Under the pieces are notes generated by a model, which saw nothing but the letters and a program-made list of their open reading frames with translations, was not told the DNA's origin and did no database searches. DNA of 64,000 nt from Octopus sinensis. Lineage: Eukaryota. Of this stretch, positions 1-11,970 are shown in pieces. Location of the stretch: positions 53,072,001 to 53,136,000 of the forward strand of contig NC_043008.1 of assembly GCF_006345805.1 (NCBI RefSeq), in the 5' to 3' direction. Made by a program: the position numbers and the translations under genes. How positions within the stretch are numbered: the stretch's first letter is position 1; the number at the start of each line of letters is the position of its first letter.

Positions 1-113
1 CATCCTTACTTACATACATCCATCCAGCCTTACACACATACATACGTACATACACACATACATACGTACATACATACATACGTACATCCATCCATCCATC
101 CATCCATCCATCC

Positions 114-144
<31 letters not shown>

Positions 145-303
145 CATACGTACATCCATCCATCCATCCATCCATCCATCCATCCATCCATCCTTACATA
201 CATACATACATACATCATACATACATACATACATACATACATCATACATACATACATACGTACATCCATCTATCCATCCATCCATCCATCCATCTATTCA
301 TCC

Positions 304-334
<31 letters not shown>

Positions 335-399
335 CATACATACATACATACATACATACATACATGCGTACATCCATCTATCCATCCATCCATCCAACC

Positions 400-430
<31 letters not shown>

Positions 431-450
431 CATACATACATACATGCATA
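1..450. repeat. Compound (CATC)n/(CATA)n tetranucleotide microsatellite
   Basis: Direct periodicity; the ORFs over it are low-complexity artefacts. Confidence 0.95.
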
Positions 451-800
451 CATATCATTTACTAATGGTAATATATGGAGTGAATGCTTTACACAAAGCA
501 AAAAAAAGAATCCTTTCATATTTTCATTAGATTAGTTACATACAGTCTTAGCATGTTACATTAAAAGTCATGGCAACTAACAGCTCCGATTGAACAGGCC
601 GAAGCTGTCATTTCCAGGTCACGTGACATCATAACGTTTTTTAGCTTTATATATTTACATACGTAGCTGACCCCACCTTACATTTGTGAATTAGTCGCGC
701 TTAACTGCCTTTTTGAATGAAGGAACCATGTCCTAAGCATTGCATTTACCTGGTTGTAGTCTTGAAAGAAAGGTTAGAAGAAAAAAATAAATTGAATATA

Positions 801-933
801 TATTTCTTTACTGCCCACAAGGGGATAAACATAGAGGGGACAAACAAGGGACAGATAAAGGGATTAAGTCGATTACATTGACCCCAGTGCGAAACTGGTA
901 CTTTATTTATCGACCCCGAAAGGATGAAAGGCA
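801..933 (-). mobile_element. tRNA-derived SINE family A, 3' part (core GCCTTTCATCCTTTCGGGGTCGATAAA..GTACCAG; tail ...AAAGAAATA)
   Basis: Same sequence recurs more than 12 times in the window; the core resembles the Meta-type SINE central domain (from memory, unverified). Confidence 0.8.
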
Positions 934-969
934 GGCGTGGCTGTGTGGAATATATATATATATATATAT

Positions 970-1145
970 TCGCTATCCTGGACCGCTGAAATCTTCAAGA
1001 TTTTTTTCATTCTGTCTCTGTTTATTATTGCTTATTTCTTTCTTTTGAAAAGCGTAGGTTCGAAACGTAAAAGACTTTTTCATTTTTCCGAGCGTTGAAC
1101 TAAGTCACTTGCTTGTTGTTCTTACACCCATCTTCGTCTTTTGTT
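970..1145 (+). mobile_element. (TA)n-flanked short repeat with degenerate minimal hammerhead at 1037-1074
   Basis: TCTTT-CTTTTGAA-AAGC-GTAG-GTTC-GAAA-CG-TA-AAAGA; homologous to copies at 6.3, 25.8, 28.4, 32.8 and 43.2 kb. Confidence 0.65.
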
Positions 1146-1257
1146 TATATCATATAGATGAATGCATCTGTATATGTATTTTGTATACCATGGAGAATTT
1201 TGGTAATATGGATTGAATGAATATATTCATCGACCTTTGAATTTGTTTTCTCTCCTC

Positions 1258-1292
<35 letters not shown>

Positions 1293-1377
1293 TATCAATA
1301 ATACAGTGATTGTTTCTTGTCAGGAACAAAAGGATTAATAGGACTGCTATAGAAGTGCCCTATTGAAAGAGACAAAA

Positions 1378-1767
1378 ATATCAAACTAAAGTTATTGAAC
1401 AAACAAAGGCAAGGTCATCCGCATATCATTTCATAATTCGAACATGTAATCATAGAATATACATATAAACATCCCGCAAGATGGAACGTAATTCATCTGT
1501 ACAAGCATATAGCATATAATAATAAGGTGCGGGAAAAAAAAAATTTTTTTCATCAAAGTGAATCGCTAAAATATTAACTCTAAGCTGTGATGAAAAATTT
1601 GTTTTTTCTCGCACCTTATTATTATTATATGTTTGTATGCTTGTACAGATGAATTATGTTCCATCTTGCGGGATGTTTATATGTATATTCTATGATTAAA
1701 TGTTCGAATTATGAAATGATATGCGGATGACCTTGCATTTGTTTGTTCAATAACTTTAGTTTGATAT
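1378..1767. mobile_element. Foldback MITE: ~178-bp inverted arms (1378-1555 / 1588-1767), 32-bp spacer, TA-flanked
   Basis: Arms are reverse complements with only a few substitutions/indels (TATCAAACTAAAGTTATTGAAC... / ...GTTCAATAACTTTAGTTTGATA). Confidence 0.85.
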
Positions 1768-1781
1768 ATATATATATATAT

Positions 1782-1954
1782 ACATACAAAATTTAGAGGA
1801 ATGACCACTAATAGTGGACAGCCTGTATGCTAGATATAGACGTCAAACTCGCCATTTACCACGAAGAATGTGTTCTCTTGAGAACACATTTGACGTCTAT
1901 ATCTAGCATTCAGGCTGTCCACTATTTGTGGTCGTTCCTCTAAATTTTGTATGT
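1782..1954. mobile_element. MITE with 66-bp TIRs (1782-1847 / 1889-1954) and an internal hairpin
   Basis: ACATACAAAATTTAGAGGAA... inverted at both ends with 3 mismatches; inner AATGTGTTCTC-TT-GAGAACACATT. Confidence 0.85.
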
Positions 1955-2041
1955 GTAAATTTTTTAATCTTCGGATTTTTAAAAAATATGCTAGGCCACT
2001 GGTTTTAATTGATTAATATCAATTTCTACCCTTATTTAATG

Positions 2042-2088
<47 letters not shown>

Positions 2089-2369
2089 AATTTTGACTGT
2101 TTATATTATAACGAAGTGAAATTTATATTGAGTAGTTGCTAAAGTCATACGTATAAACGAATTAAAATGTCGGTGTTATAATGGATTATAATCGTCGCTA
2201 AATGGATTTGTCTATTTGCTGGTGACTAATGTGGCTTCTGAATTGTCTATGAGCTACATATCATACGAAATGAGATTGTCTTGTTAATTTTTATAATAAC
2301 TAGACGTGTTTCTCTCGTTTATAGTATTTGCTTCGTGTGTTTAACATGCAGGACAAAACACTTGGAGGT

Positions 2370-2530
2370 ATATTTCGTCTGTCTTTACATTCTAAGGTCA
2401 AATGTCGCTGAGGACAACTTTGCCTGCCATCATTTCGAGTTAGATAAAATAAGTACCAGTTGAGTACTGGGGTCGATGTAACTGACTTGCCCCCCCACCC
2501 CATCTTCTCCGAAATTACTGGGCTTGAAAC
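2370..2530 (+). mobile_element. SINE family A, diverged copy
   Basis: Similarity to the family A core and the GGGGTCGATGTAA tail. Confidence 0.65.
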
Positions 2531-2998
2531 CATCAATTATTTGGTGTGTTAAATTTAGTCACTCAATACATATGAATTCTTGTAAATGGTATCTATGCGG
2601 AAGACCATCAAGCTCATACACATGTTTATATTTGTATGTATATATATGTGTGTGTATATATAGAGAAATACCGGCGTAATTTGCCTTTCACGATATATAT
2701 CCATTAAGTATGATATATAGATGACTATTTTAATCTTATACGACTTCTGTTACATATAACAGAATTTTATTTGCCCACATCTCTACTTATAACATCAGTA
2801 ATTGTTTATTCACTGATTTGCTCTATCGGTGGCCACAGATTTCGTCTAATCATGTGGTTGGCTGTGAGTAAGCGCTATTGACGACGCCCAAGGAAACAGA
2901 AATGCATTCAGCATTTCCACTGGTCTCTGGTGGGACATTTCTGACTAATTCCGATATGTATATATATATGTACGTATATATGTACGTATATATATATA

Positions 2999-3061
<63 letters not shown>

Positions 3062-3064
3062 ATA

Positions 3065-3127
<63 letters not shown>

Positions 3128-3149
3128 GTACATACATACATACATATCA

Positions 3150-3300
3150 TCATCATGATCATCATCGTTTAATGGCCGTCTTCCATGCTCGCATGGGTTG
3201 GGCAGTTTGACAGGGGTCGGCCAGTTAGAAAACTACTCCAGGCTACTCAGTCTGTTTTGGCATTGTTTTATGGCTGGATGCTCTTCCTAACACCAACCTC
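3150..3300 (-). mobile_element. SINE/LINE 3' tail module ending in (GAT)n (RTE-related tail family)
   Basis: Reverse complement of the ...GAAGGGCATCCAGC...CCAACCCATGC..ATGGAA..GGACGTTAAACGATGATG motif found about 10 times in the window. Confidence 0.7.
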
Positions 3301-6229
3301 CCCGCCCAGTGAACTGAGTGATTTTTCAATTTAGTCCATCCATAACAGATATTATCTGAGAACAAAAATGGCAGGAAATCTATATGTGGTGTTTCTTATG
3401 TAACGTGTAATATAACTTTTCAACAGAACAAGCACAAGACCGAAATATGCCCGGATGATCGATTTGATGGGCAAAAAACAAAAATAGAACCCAAGAAGGC
3501 CATGTCCCCAAACGGCAGTAGCCCATTGAATGAAACAACTGAGATAATAATAATAATACAATTAATGAATATCTAGAACATGGTAACACTTCGCTTCGTG
3601 GTTATATATGTCCTCGTTTCTCACTGGTGTTTGGTTCTAAAAAAATCACCGTGTTAAATGAATCAATAATAAATGAATAATCGAACATATGGCTTACGTG
3701 TACGTAAACCCGATGTGACGTAAAGATAAGTGATAATCAGTGGATTCCGGGTAGGATGGCATTGTAGATGGTCACTGAGATGCGCTTTTGCGGTCCACGC
3801 GGAATCTTTGACTGAGTCATCACGTATCAATTCGAGGTAAGCGTAATTGTGCTCAATTAAGCGTACCGTGTTATCCCGCATCAGTGATAACTGAATCGGC
3901 GAGAGGTGAGGATGTATAAATTTTGCTACTCGTTAAATGAAAATAATGTCGTTGCTATAAGCAATAAACGTAGGAAAAGAGACACAACTGAATAGGTTCT
4001 AAGCGTTAAAGTGATCGGTAGTATCTCTCGTATTTATGTATTAGCCTTACAGCTTTTTTTAACCAAATTATTTTGTTATGTTGTTAACGAAATGGAAGCC
4101 TAGTACTGCTAAAAGTTTATTTCTACTTGATTGAAGTATGAAATAGTCCAGAATTAAATAAGAATTATTAAAACTTTGTACTATCTGTTATATTGACAAC
4201 ACACTCAAACACACACGCACACACAATTCGAATTTCCAGAAAATGGCGCACAGTAGATATGAATGCAAAACTATTTACTTGATCCGGGTACGTTTTTCAT
4301 ATTTTACATGTGTTTAGAGGCAGCGTGGATTAAAAGGAAATGGTTAACAGCATCTCGAATATCGTTAAGCTAGTTTCAATAAGGAATCACCGCAAAACTA
4401 TTTACAGCGTTTTCTAAACGGATTTACTGATTTCACCGTAAATCAAATTCGTTTGAAAGTATTTTCTTATCTCTACAGAAGCCACACATGTAATTACAAG
4501 ACGTAAATAGTCGAAACTCAGGATTCTAAGCTAAATCTCGTTCAATGAATTTGCTACGGCTCTATATTAGCTTCTAGCTAAATATTAGAACTGTCAATCG
4601 AAGAGGTGGTGGTTCTTATCCTGTTTGCAGTACTTTATGACGAATCAACAGCTCAGTCTATCTAGTTGTAAATAAGCACCACCTGAGTAAATAATGTAGA
4701 GCGTTTCTTTATCAGGGATTAAAATTGAAGATTGCCGGTTACGCAGACGCCAAATACAGGGCTAAGTGATGGTATCCTCAACAGTTTTGCGACCATAAAA
4801 TATGTTGTGAGATTCGGTGTCACAACTCTCAGCAGGAATACACAACCATACACATGCCTACACACACAGGTATATATATAATGTGCGTATATGTATGCAT
4901 ATATTTATTCATATGCATATATACATAGACGTATATTGTGTGTGTGTGTGTGTGTGTGTGTATGCATGTGCGTGAATTCTTGTGGTGTGGATCATTGCAG
5001 AGACAACTTTTTTTTCACTACTCTAGTTTCATGCCACTGTGATCAACAGGCGATCTCAAATATTTGCAGTGCCGTTAAACTCAAGCCGGAAGAAAAATAA
5101 CACAATTCAAATTCATTTTACATAAATAACACGCACTACACTATGTATTGAGTACTTCCTCCCCATTTTCCTGGCATCTTCATGCTTCTTTGATACAATT
5201 TTTAGATTTGCACAGCTATTCGAAATTAGAGAGATGGTGAGATGTGTATGCTTTAAGATTGGAAAATAATACTATAAAATCTTATAATAACGAAGTTAAT
5301 CTAAGCGTAGCTCATGGGACAATAGGGATTTCCTTTTAAAAGGAACCATGATTATATCACCCAATCGGCAAATTCTTACTTTCATTTTCATTTCGTCTGT
5401 ATTCTACTCGGTATATGCAAGATAAGTGTTAACCCACTTCTGTTAGCAATAACATGATTTAAACAGATGAAACCTAATACACGAGGCAATAAGTTATTGC
5501 TTCGTATATTAGGTTTCATTTATTTCATATATAACATTTTCCCTATCATCGCCTGCCAACCACAAATTAGATTACGCGATGAGAAGGGTTTAAACATTTA
5601 CCCCTTCTAAAGAGAAGAACACTCAATAATGTCTTGAATGTTATGCCTGTACTCTGACAGATATATATGAACGTATCTGCGTTATTTGCACCAGTCAACA
5701 ACAGAGTATATTTATGTATGATACCTTAAAGAATGGATGTAGAAATTCTACACGAATTAATGCATAAAACGAATACCCAATACGCTTGATGTTAATACGA
5801 TACACACACACACACATACACACATACAGATATATGATAGATTCTCTCGTCGTCAGCGACAAATGAAGGTTCAGTAAAATAAAGCGGTAATCATGTTCTA
5901 TAGACACGAATGTGCCTGTTGAGGCCTGCTGGTGCCTTGCAAGCCTTTAGGCAAATGGAGATCTCACTTAGCCTGAGTGATTGTGGATCATTTATTATGT
6001 GTTGTCTTGAGTGTACGGCAAGGCCTGCTTTGCTTCATGTCACAAAACCAGAATGAGAGGGAAGGTTTCCATTTAGTGGAACAGCTTTTTGCTAGCGTGG
6101 CTTACTGCTTGCACGAAACCCCGATGTTGGGGGTTGACTTAGCTCACATCTTTGATAGATAGATAGATAGATATGCAAATACATAGCTATATGTTTTTTA
6201 CACATGCATATATATATATATATATATAT

Positions 6230-6473
6230 AAGGGTAAGCTTTATGAAAATAGACAAAAGACGAAGGCAGGTTTACAGAAATAAACAAAAGACGAAGACAG
6301 GTGGAATACAAACAAACAATTGTATTAGTATGGCGCTCAGGAAATATAAATGAAGCAAGTCTTTAACGTTTCGAGCCTACGCTCTTCAGCAGAAAGATAC
6401 ACAGAGAAAAAAAACACAGAAAGAAGGAGAGAAAAAAATATGCGTGCAAAAGCTAGCGAATCAACATGACGAT

Positions 6474-6474
<1 letters not shown>
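6230..6474 (-). mobile_element. (TA)n-flanked hammerhead-containing short repeat (best-preserved copy)
   Basis: Homologous to the other five copies; flanked by TA microsatellite on both sides. Confidence 0.75.
6360..6397 (-). ncRNA. Minimal type I hammerhead ribozyme motif (38 nt)
   Basis: Minus strand UCUUU-CUGCUGAA-GAGC-GUAG-GCUC-GAAA-CG-UU-AAAGA: 5-bp stem I, 4-bp stem II, palindromic ACGU stem III; core variants A6C and an extra A after A9. Confidence 0.6.
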
Positions 6475-6511
<37 letters not shown>

Positions 6512-7156
6512 ATATAATTATATATTAATCAACATGGCGATTATATATATATATATATAATTATATATATACATTGAAATACCAAAGTGCTGTTAGTACA
6601 ACTCTGAAGGGATCCCCCCATGTTAACATTCAAAGCCTGCAATTACAACAATAGCGCTATAAGCCTTAGTTTAGAATTTCTAGTGCTATATATATATATA
6701 TATTATATATATATATATATAATATATATATACATATACATACATACATACATACATACATATGCTAATACATATATACAAACATATAGTATGCGTATGC
6801 GTATGTTAATATATGTATAAATATGTATATGTGTATGTGTGTATGTATTTGTCTGTGAATGTATGTATACACACACATATACACACACATACACACACAT
6901 ACACACACAGACGCGCAGGCGCGTGAACACACACACGCACTGCCATAGTTTTCTAGATATCCTTTATCTGTCCTGTTGACATTTGATATATTTAGTTAAG
7001 GTAAAGATATCAAATATGATTATATCGCTATGTAAGATGTTGTCTCTCTTACTCGTATTTGATTAAGATTTATGATCGATAACAACAACAGCAACAACAA
7101 CAACAACAACAACAACAATAATAATAATAATAGTAATAATAATAATAATAATAATG

Positions 7157-7255
7157 ATTCCAGACTTACCATCCCTACAGGATGTGCAAAAATCGTGTTA
7201 ACTGGAACGACTCATTTACTGAGAAGAGCATTATCGCTGTGAAAACAACATCCAT
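7157..7255 (+). mobile_element. 3' end of R4/Dong-type (RLE) non-LTR retrotransposon ORF
   Basis: IPDLPSLQDVQK(fs)VLTGTTHLLRRALSL*, like the family C-terminal QK.vLLGTA.ILRKVL motif. Confidence 0.6.
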
Positions 7256-7421
7256 TCATGAATTTATTTATTTATTAATCTTTTTAAATACTTATTTTAC
7301 CTGTCAATTTGCGTGTGTAATCTGGGAGTGCATACAATGAGCTTCTCTATCCTAGGTGTACGGAAAACACTCGGCGAGAAATGGAAGTAATTTTGAAGAA
7401 AGAAGGGAAAATAATAATAAC

Positions 7422-7491
<70 letters not shown>

Positions 7492-7520
7492 GTAATAATA
7501 ATGATGATGATGATGATGAT

Positions 7521-7659
7521 AAGCGCAGACATGACTGTGTAAGCATGGGGATAGTAGACTGCATGGGGATATTAGCCGAGTGTTGAGAAGAACACCAACC
7601 AGAGGATGTGATGGAAAATGAGAATAGCAAGATCGTGTGGGACTTCGCCACAAAGACTG
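7521..7659 (+). mobile_element. R4/Dong-type LINE fragment (region preceding the RLE domain)
   Basis: KRRHDCVS...EEHQPEDVMENENSKIVWDFATKT matches the KRRHDNVA...EHKPEGVLENDEVKILWDF.IQTD motif; internal stop. Confidence 0.65.
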
Positions 7660-8099
7660 GCGCACTACTAAAAAGAAAAAAAATGAAGGTAATTTTTTGT
7701 TAGGCGTGTCATTCTTTCAAAAGGTCTTGCGGGCCCCAGGTTGCCTATTACTATTCTAAAACTAACGAGGTACATTTTTATGCTATCGGGCGACCCCACA
7801 GAAATATCAGTCACATCCGCCTTAAATCACTTTTTAACTTCTTCCCCACACACGCATTCATTTGTCACGAGATTATAATAACGTTTATGTTGCTGCTGTT
7901 GTTGTTGTTGTTGTTGTTGTTTAGTTCTCTAGACCGATTAACAGTTCCATACCAGACGTGACCATCCCTGCTTCAATGATTATATGTTTCAATAACACCA
8001 ATTTGATGTATCTACTCACTGAGTCATTTATATAATGTCTAGATATAGTAACATTGCCAGACTGCAACCATCAGTGTGCGGCAAATGACTATGCAATTA

Positions 8100-8555
8100 C
8101 TGAAGTTGTTATAGCTTCTACTGCTGCTGATGCTGCTGTTGTTGATGCTGATGCTGATGCTGTTGGTAATGATATGTACATAGATGAAGAGGATGATGTT
8201 GTTTATGATGATGACGGTAATGTTGGTGTGTAATGTGATGAGGATGTGAACAACGAACATTATGATGATGATAATCCCAGCGATTGTGACGATGACAATG
8301 ATGATGATGATGAGTATAATGGTAATGATGATTGCCACTACGACCACCACCGCCATCATCACCATCATGAAGATGAGGATAATAATGATAATGGTTATGA
8401 TGATGATGATCATCATCATCATCATCATGGTGATGGTCGTCATCATCATCATCATCATTATTATAATCATTATCATGGTGATGGTGGTATTGGTGGTGAT
8501 GATGATGATGATGATGACCATGATGGTGGTCCTGCTCGTCGCCGTCGTTTTGGTA

Positions 8556-8600
<45 letters not shown>

Positions 8601-8827
8601 GTGATGTGGTGGTGATAGTAGAGAGGAGGAGGAGGAGGAGGAAGAGGAGGAATATTAAATTAATGATGATTGAGAAAAAGAAAGATGTTGCTGATGTCCA
8701 AACTTTTAAGGAAATTTGCATTTTTTCATGACAGTTTTAATGAAATGCCAATCTTTTTTTTTAAGCAAAAAACAAACATCAACACTAAGTAGATCATCAT
8801 CATCACCATCAGCATTATCATCATTAT

Positions 8828-8860
<33 letters not shown>

Positions 8861-9033
8861 TATCATCATCATCATCATCATCAGTATTATCATCACAATC
8901 ATCATCATCATTGTCGTTGTCATCGTTGTCGTTGTCATCGTTTTGTCGTCGTCGTTGTGACCCATCACGGCTACCGGGTCTCACCACCATAATCATCCGG
9001 TTAATAACAGGACCAAAATGTTATCTGTCTATT

Positions 9034-9093
<60 letters not shown>

Positions 9094-9390
9094 TACTAAT
9101 CCTCATCACCGTCGTTGTCGTCGTCACCATCTTCGCAATCATCGTTGTCGTCGTCGTCATCATCATCACTATCAGCAGCAGCCAGGGAGGCGTCGCAAGC
9201 ATTTTTATCATCGCCACCGCCAATTTCTTTATCGTCATCATCATCGTCGTCGTCATCTTCCTCGTCCAAATTACAGCCTTTACCATCATTATTAAACTCA
9301 TTAACCACACAAGTATCATCATCATCATCATCATCATCATCGTCATCAGCATCATAACCCTCATCAGTATCATCATCGTCATTGTCATCA
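8100..9390. repeat. Degenerate trinucleotide tracts: (GAT/GGT)n at 8100-8620 and (CAT/CGT)n at 8790-9390 in inverted orientation
   Basis: Direct periodicity. Confidence 0.9.
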
Positions 9391-9643
9391 TCGTAAGATT
9401 GGCCGTGATGGAGATCGTTGCCAAAAGAAATATTCCACCACAAATTGCTATACGAACGGTTTGCATTCTAACCGCTGTAAAAACGAAACTTGAGCTAAAG
9501 TTCACATTAACTAATGAAGCAGCTTCTCTGAGCTCGATCGACCAACTAAATATAGCAGTTAAGTTTTCTTCAAAGCTCTTTTTTTGTGCCCCAGCATGGC
9601 CGCGGCCTTCGGGCTAAAACATTTTTAAGGATTTAAGGATATA

Positions 9644-9808
9644 GGCATAGGAGTGTCTGTGTGGTAAGTAGCTTGATTACGGACCACATGGTTCCGGGTT
9701 CAGTCCCACTGCGTGGCACCTTGGACAAGTGTCTTCTACTTTAGCCTTGGGCCGACCAAAACCTTGTGAGTGGATTTGGTAGACAGAAACTGAAAAAAGC
9801 CCGTCGTA

Positions 9809-9845
<37 letters not shown>

Positions 9846-10150
9846 TGTGTGTGTGTGTTGTGTGTGTGTGGTGTGTGTGTGTGTGTGTGTGTGTGTTTGT
9901 GTGTCTGTGTTTGCACTGGTAACTCGTAAGAAGCATCCTGTCCACACTGTAAAATGGTTAGTATTTGGAATGGTATCCAGCTGTAAAAACCATGCCAAAG
10001 CTGATCTCGCCTCTGCTGGTGCCATGTAAAAAGTACTCAGCCCTCTCAGTGGTGTAACCTTGAAAACTCTACCAAAACACACACCGTAGCCTGAAGTAGT
10101 CTTCTACCTGTCCGGCTCCTGTCAAACCGTCCGACCCATATAAGCGTCAT
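9644..10150 (+). mobile_element. SINE family B 5' half + (TA)/(TG) tract + RTE-related tail module
   Basis: tRNA-like head GGC(A/G)TAGGAGTGGCTGTGTGGTAAG...GGGTTCAGTCCCACTGCGTGGCACC; CpGs intact. Confidence 0.8.
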
Positions 10151-11121
10151 ACGGTTTATAGGCCTTTCTACTATAAGCACAAGGTCTAAAATTTGGAGGA
10201 AGGAGGAGACAGACGATTACATCCATCCCATTGCCTGACAGGTACTTATTCCATTAACCTCCCCAAAAGGATGAAAGTTGCCCTCGGTGGAATTTGACCC
10301 GGAACCATATGGTTGGTAAGCAAGCTACTTACCACACAGCCACCCCTACGCTTACGGTCTGTTCAAATTTGTTGTTTGGTTAAAGCCTGAATATATGTTC
10401 TGAAGTAACAATGCTGTGTATACGTGGCCACATTCATTATCTGGTATGGTGCTGCTCTATCCTCAGTCACTAGAAGCTACAACGGCAATGCTTTATTTAT
10501 TCATCTCAAAAAAGATCATTGCGAACGCTGTAAGTTGTCTTTTGCTCTTAGCTTTAGGATTGTAAGAGCAGCAGTATACCTACATGTGCCCGCATGTGTG
10601 CGCATGCCGGTGTGTCTACGTATAGTATGCATGGATGTAAACACATATATCACTGTGTTTACCTATGTATGTGGGTGTCAACAAGAGAAAAACATACACG
10701 CACACACATAGAAAAAGGAGAAGAAAATGCGTTTTACATTTTATATCGCAGTAAATTATATCCGAAGTGTATTATTACAGTGAAGTCGTTTCAAAATACA
10801 ATATACGTTGAAACCCAGATTATCACAATCAGATTATTTCAGAAAATGTTATTACTTATTCGGAAATATCATTTCATATCCAAAAATACATTACTGCTTT
10901 CAAATCATTTCAGCATTACGGATTCTAAAGGACGTTCAACTCATTTCATAATACCTTTCTAAACTTTTCAAAGTCTCAAGCTATAAAAACGTAATTAAAT
11001 ATTTCAAAGTACATACTAACTTTTCTGCTGAATTTGGGTCTACTAATTTACACAATATTATCCCCATTGTTACCCAAGGAGTCTATAACGAGATTACTTC
11101 AGATAAGCGCACTATATATTC

Positions 11122-11325
11122 TTTTCTACTCTAGGCACAAGGCCTGAAATTTTGGTGAAGGGTGCCAGTCGATTAGATCGACCCCAGTATACAACTAGTA
11201 CTTCATTTATCGACCCTGAAAGGATGAAAGGCAAAGTCGACCTTGGCGGAACTTGAACTCAGAACGTAAAGACAAACGAAATACCGCTAAGCATTTCGCC
11301 CAGCGTGCTAACGTTTCTGCCAATG
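11122..11325 (-). mobile_element. SINE family A, near full length
   Basis: Head, B-box-like GAGTTCAA, core and tail all present. Confidence 0.8.
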
Positions 11326-11399
11326 CAGGCTGGTAGCAAGCCATTACACACGTATATTGCAATGAACATGTTCAGTAAGGAGTCAGGCCGGTGGGTAAT

Positions 11400-11572
11400 T
11401 GTGTACTTTGAAAGCGTGGCTGTGTATTAAGAAGTTCGATTCCCAGCCACATGGTTTCAGGCTCACTAACACGTGACAACTCGGGCATATGTCTTGTATG
11501 CTCTCGGGCCTTGTGAGTGGATTTGATTGATAGAAAGTGAAAGGAATTGGTGTGTATAAATAAATATACATA

Positions 11573-11622
<50 letters not shown>

Positions 11623-11679
11623 GAATGAGCTACCAAGAACTTTCTTTTTATTATTTTACTATATATATGTGTGTGCGTG

Positions 11680-11715
<36 letters not shown>

Positions 11716-11970
11716 ATGCGTGTGTGTATGTGTGTGTTCGTATGTGTATGTGCATGTGTGTGTCTCTATGTGTGCCACCGTTTGTTTGTTTTTGTCTTCG
11801 ACCATTGAATTTGGAGCATGCACTGTGTTGTTTAAGTCCAGTAACTTTGTTGCTGTTCGGCAAAAAGACACCGATAGAAAAAATACCAGGTTTTCAAATA
11901 AGTACCGGGACCAGTTTGTTCGACTAAACACTTCAAGTTGGTGCTCCAGTATTGCCGCAGTCGACTGATA
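11400..11970 (+). mobile_element. SINE family B, diverged, split by a microsatellite
   Basis: Head at ~11400; tail GGTGCTCCAGTATTGCCGCAGTC at ~11940. Confidence 0.65.

Noticed and set aside
3345-3580. ~76-codon stop-free stretch (ILSENKNG...SPLNETTE) after a possible acceptor
   Set aside because: No recognisable homology; ends in a stop with no matching donor; could be chance in AT-rich DNA
4495-4530. GAC-loop-GTC-GAAAC resembling half a hammerhead
   Set aside because: No CUGANGA upstream
8246-8731. 161-aa Asp/His-rich ORF reminiscent of His-rich beak or biomineral proteins
   Set aside because: Lies wholly in a degenerate (GAT)n tract that leaves several frames open on both strands; no convincing splice signals
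10424-10711. ORF containing a hydrophobic stretch and DHCER, as a candidate SK S5 exon
   Set aside because: No similarity to KTLMTICPGTVLLVF; the nearby GTAAGT donor is not in the phase (after CG) needed to join the pore exon
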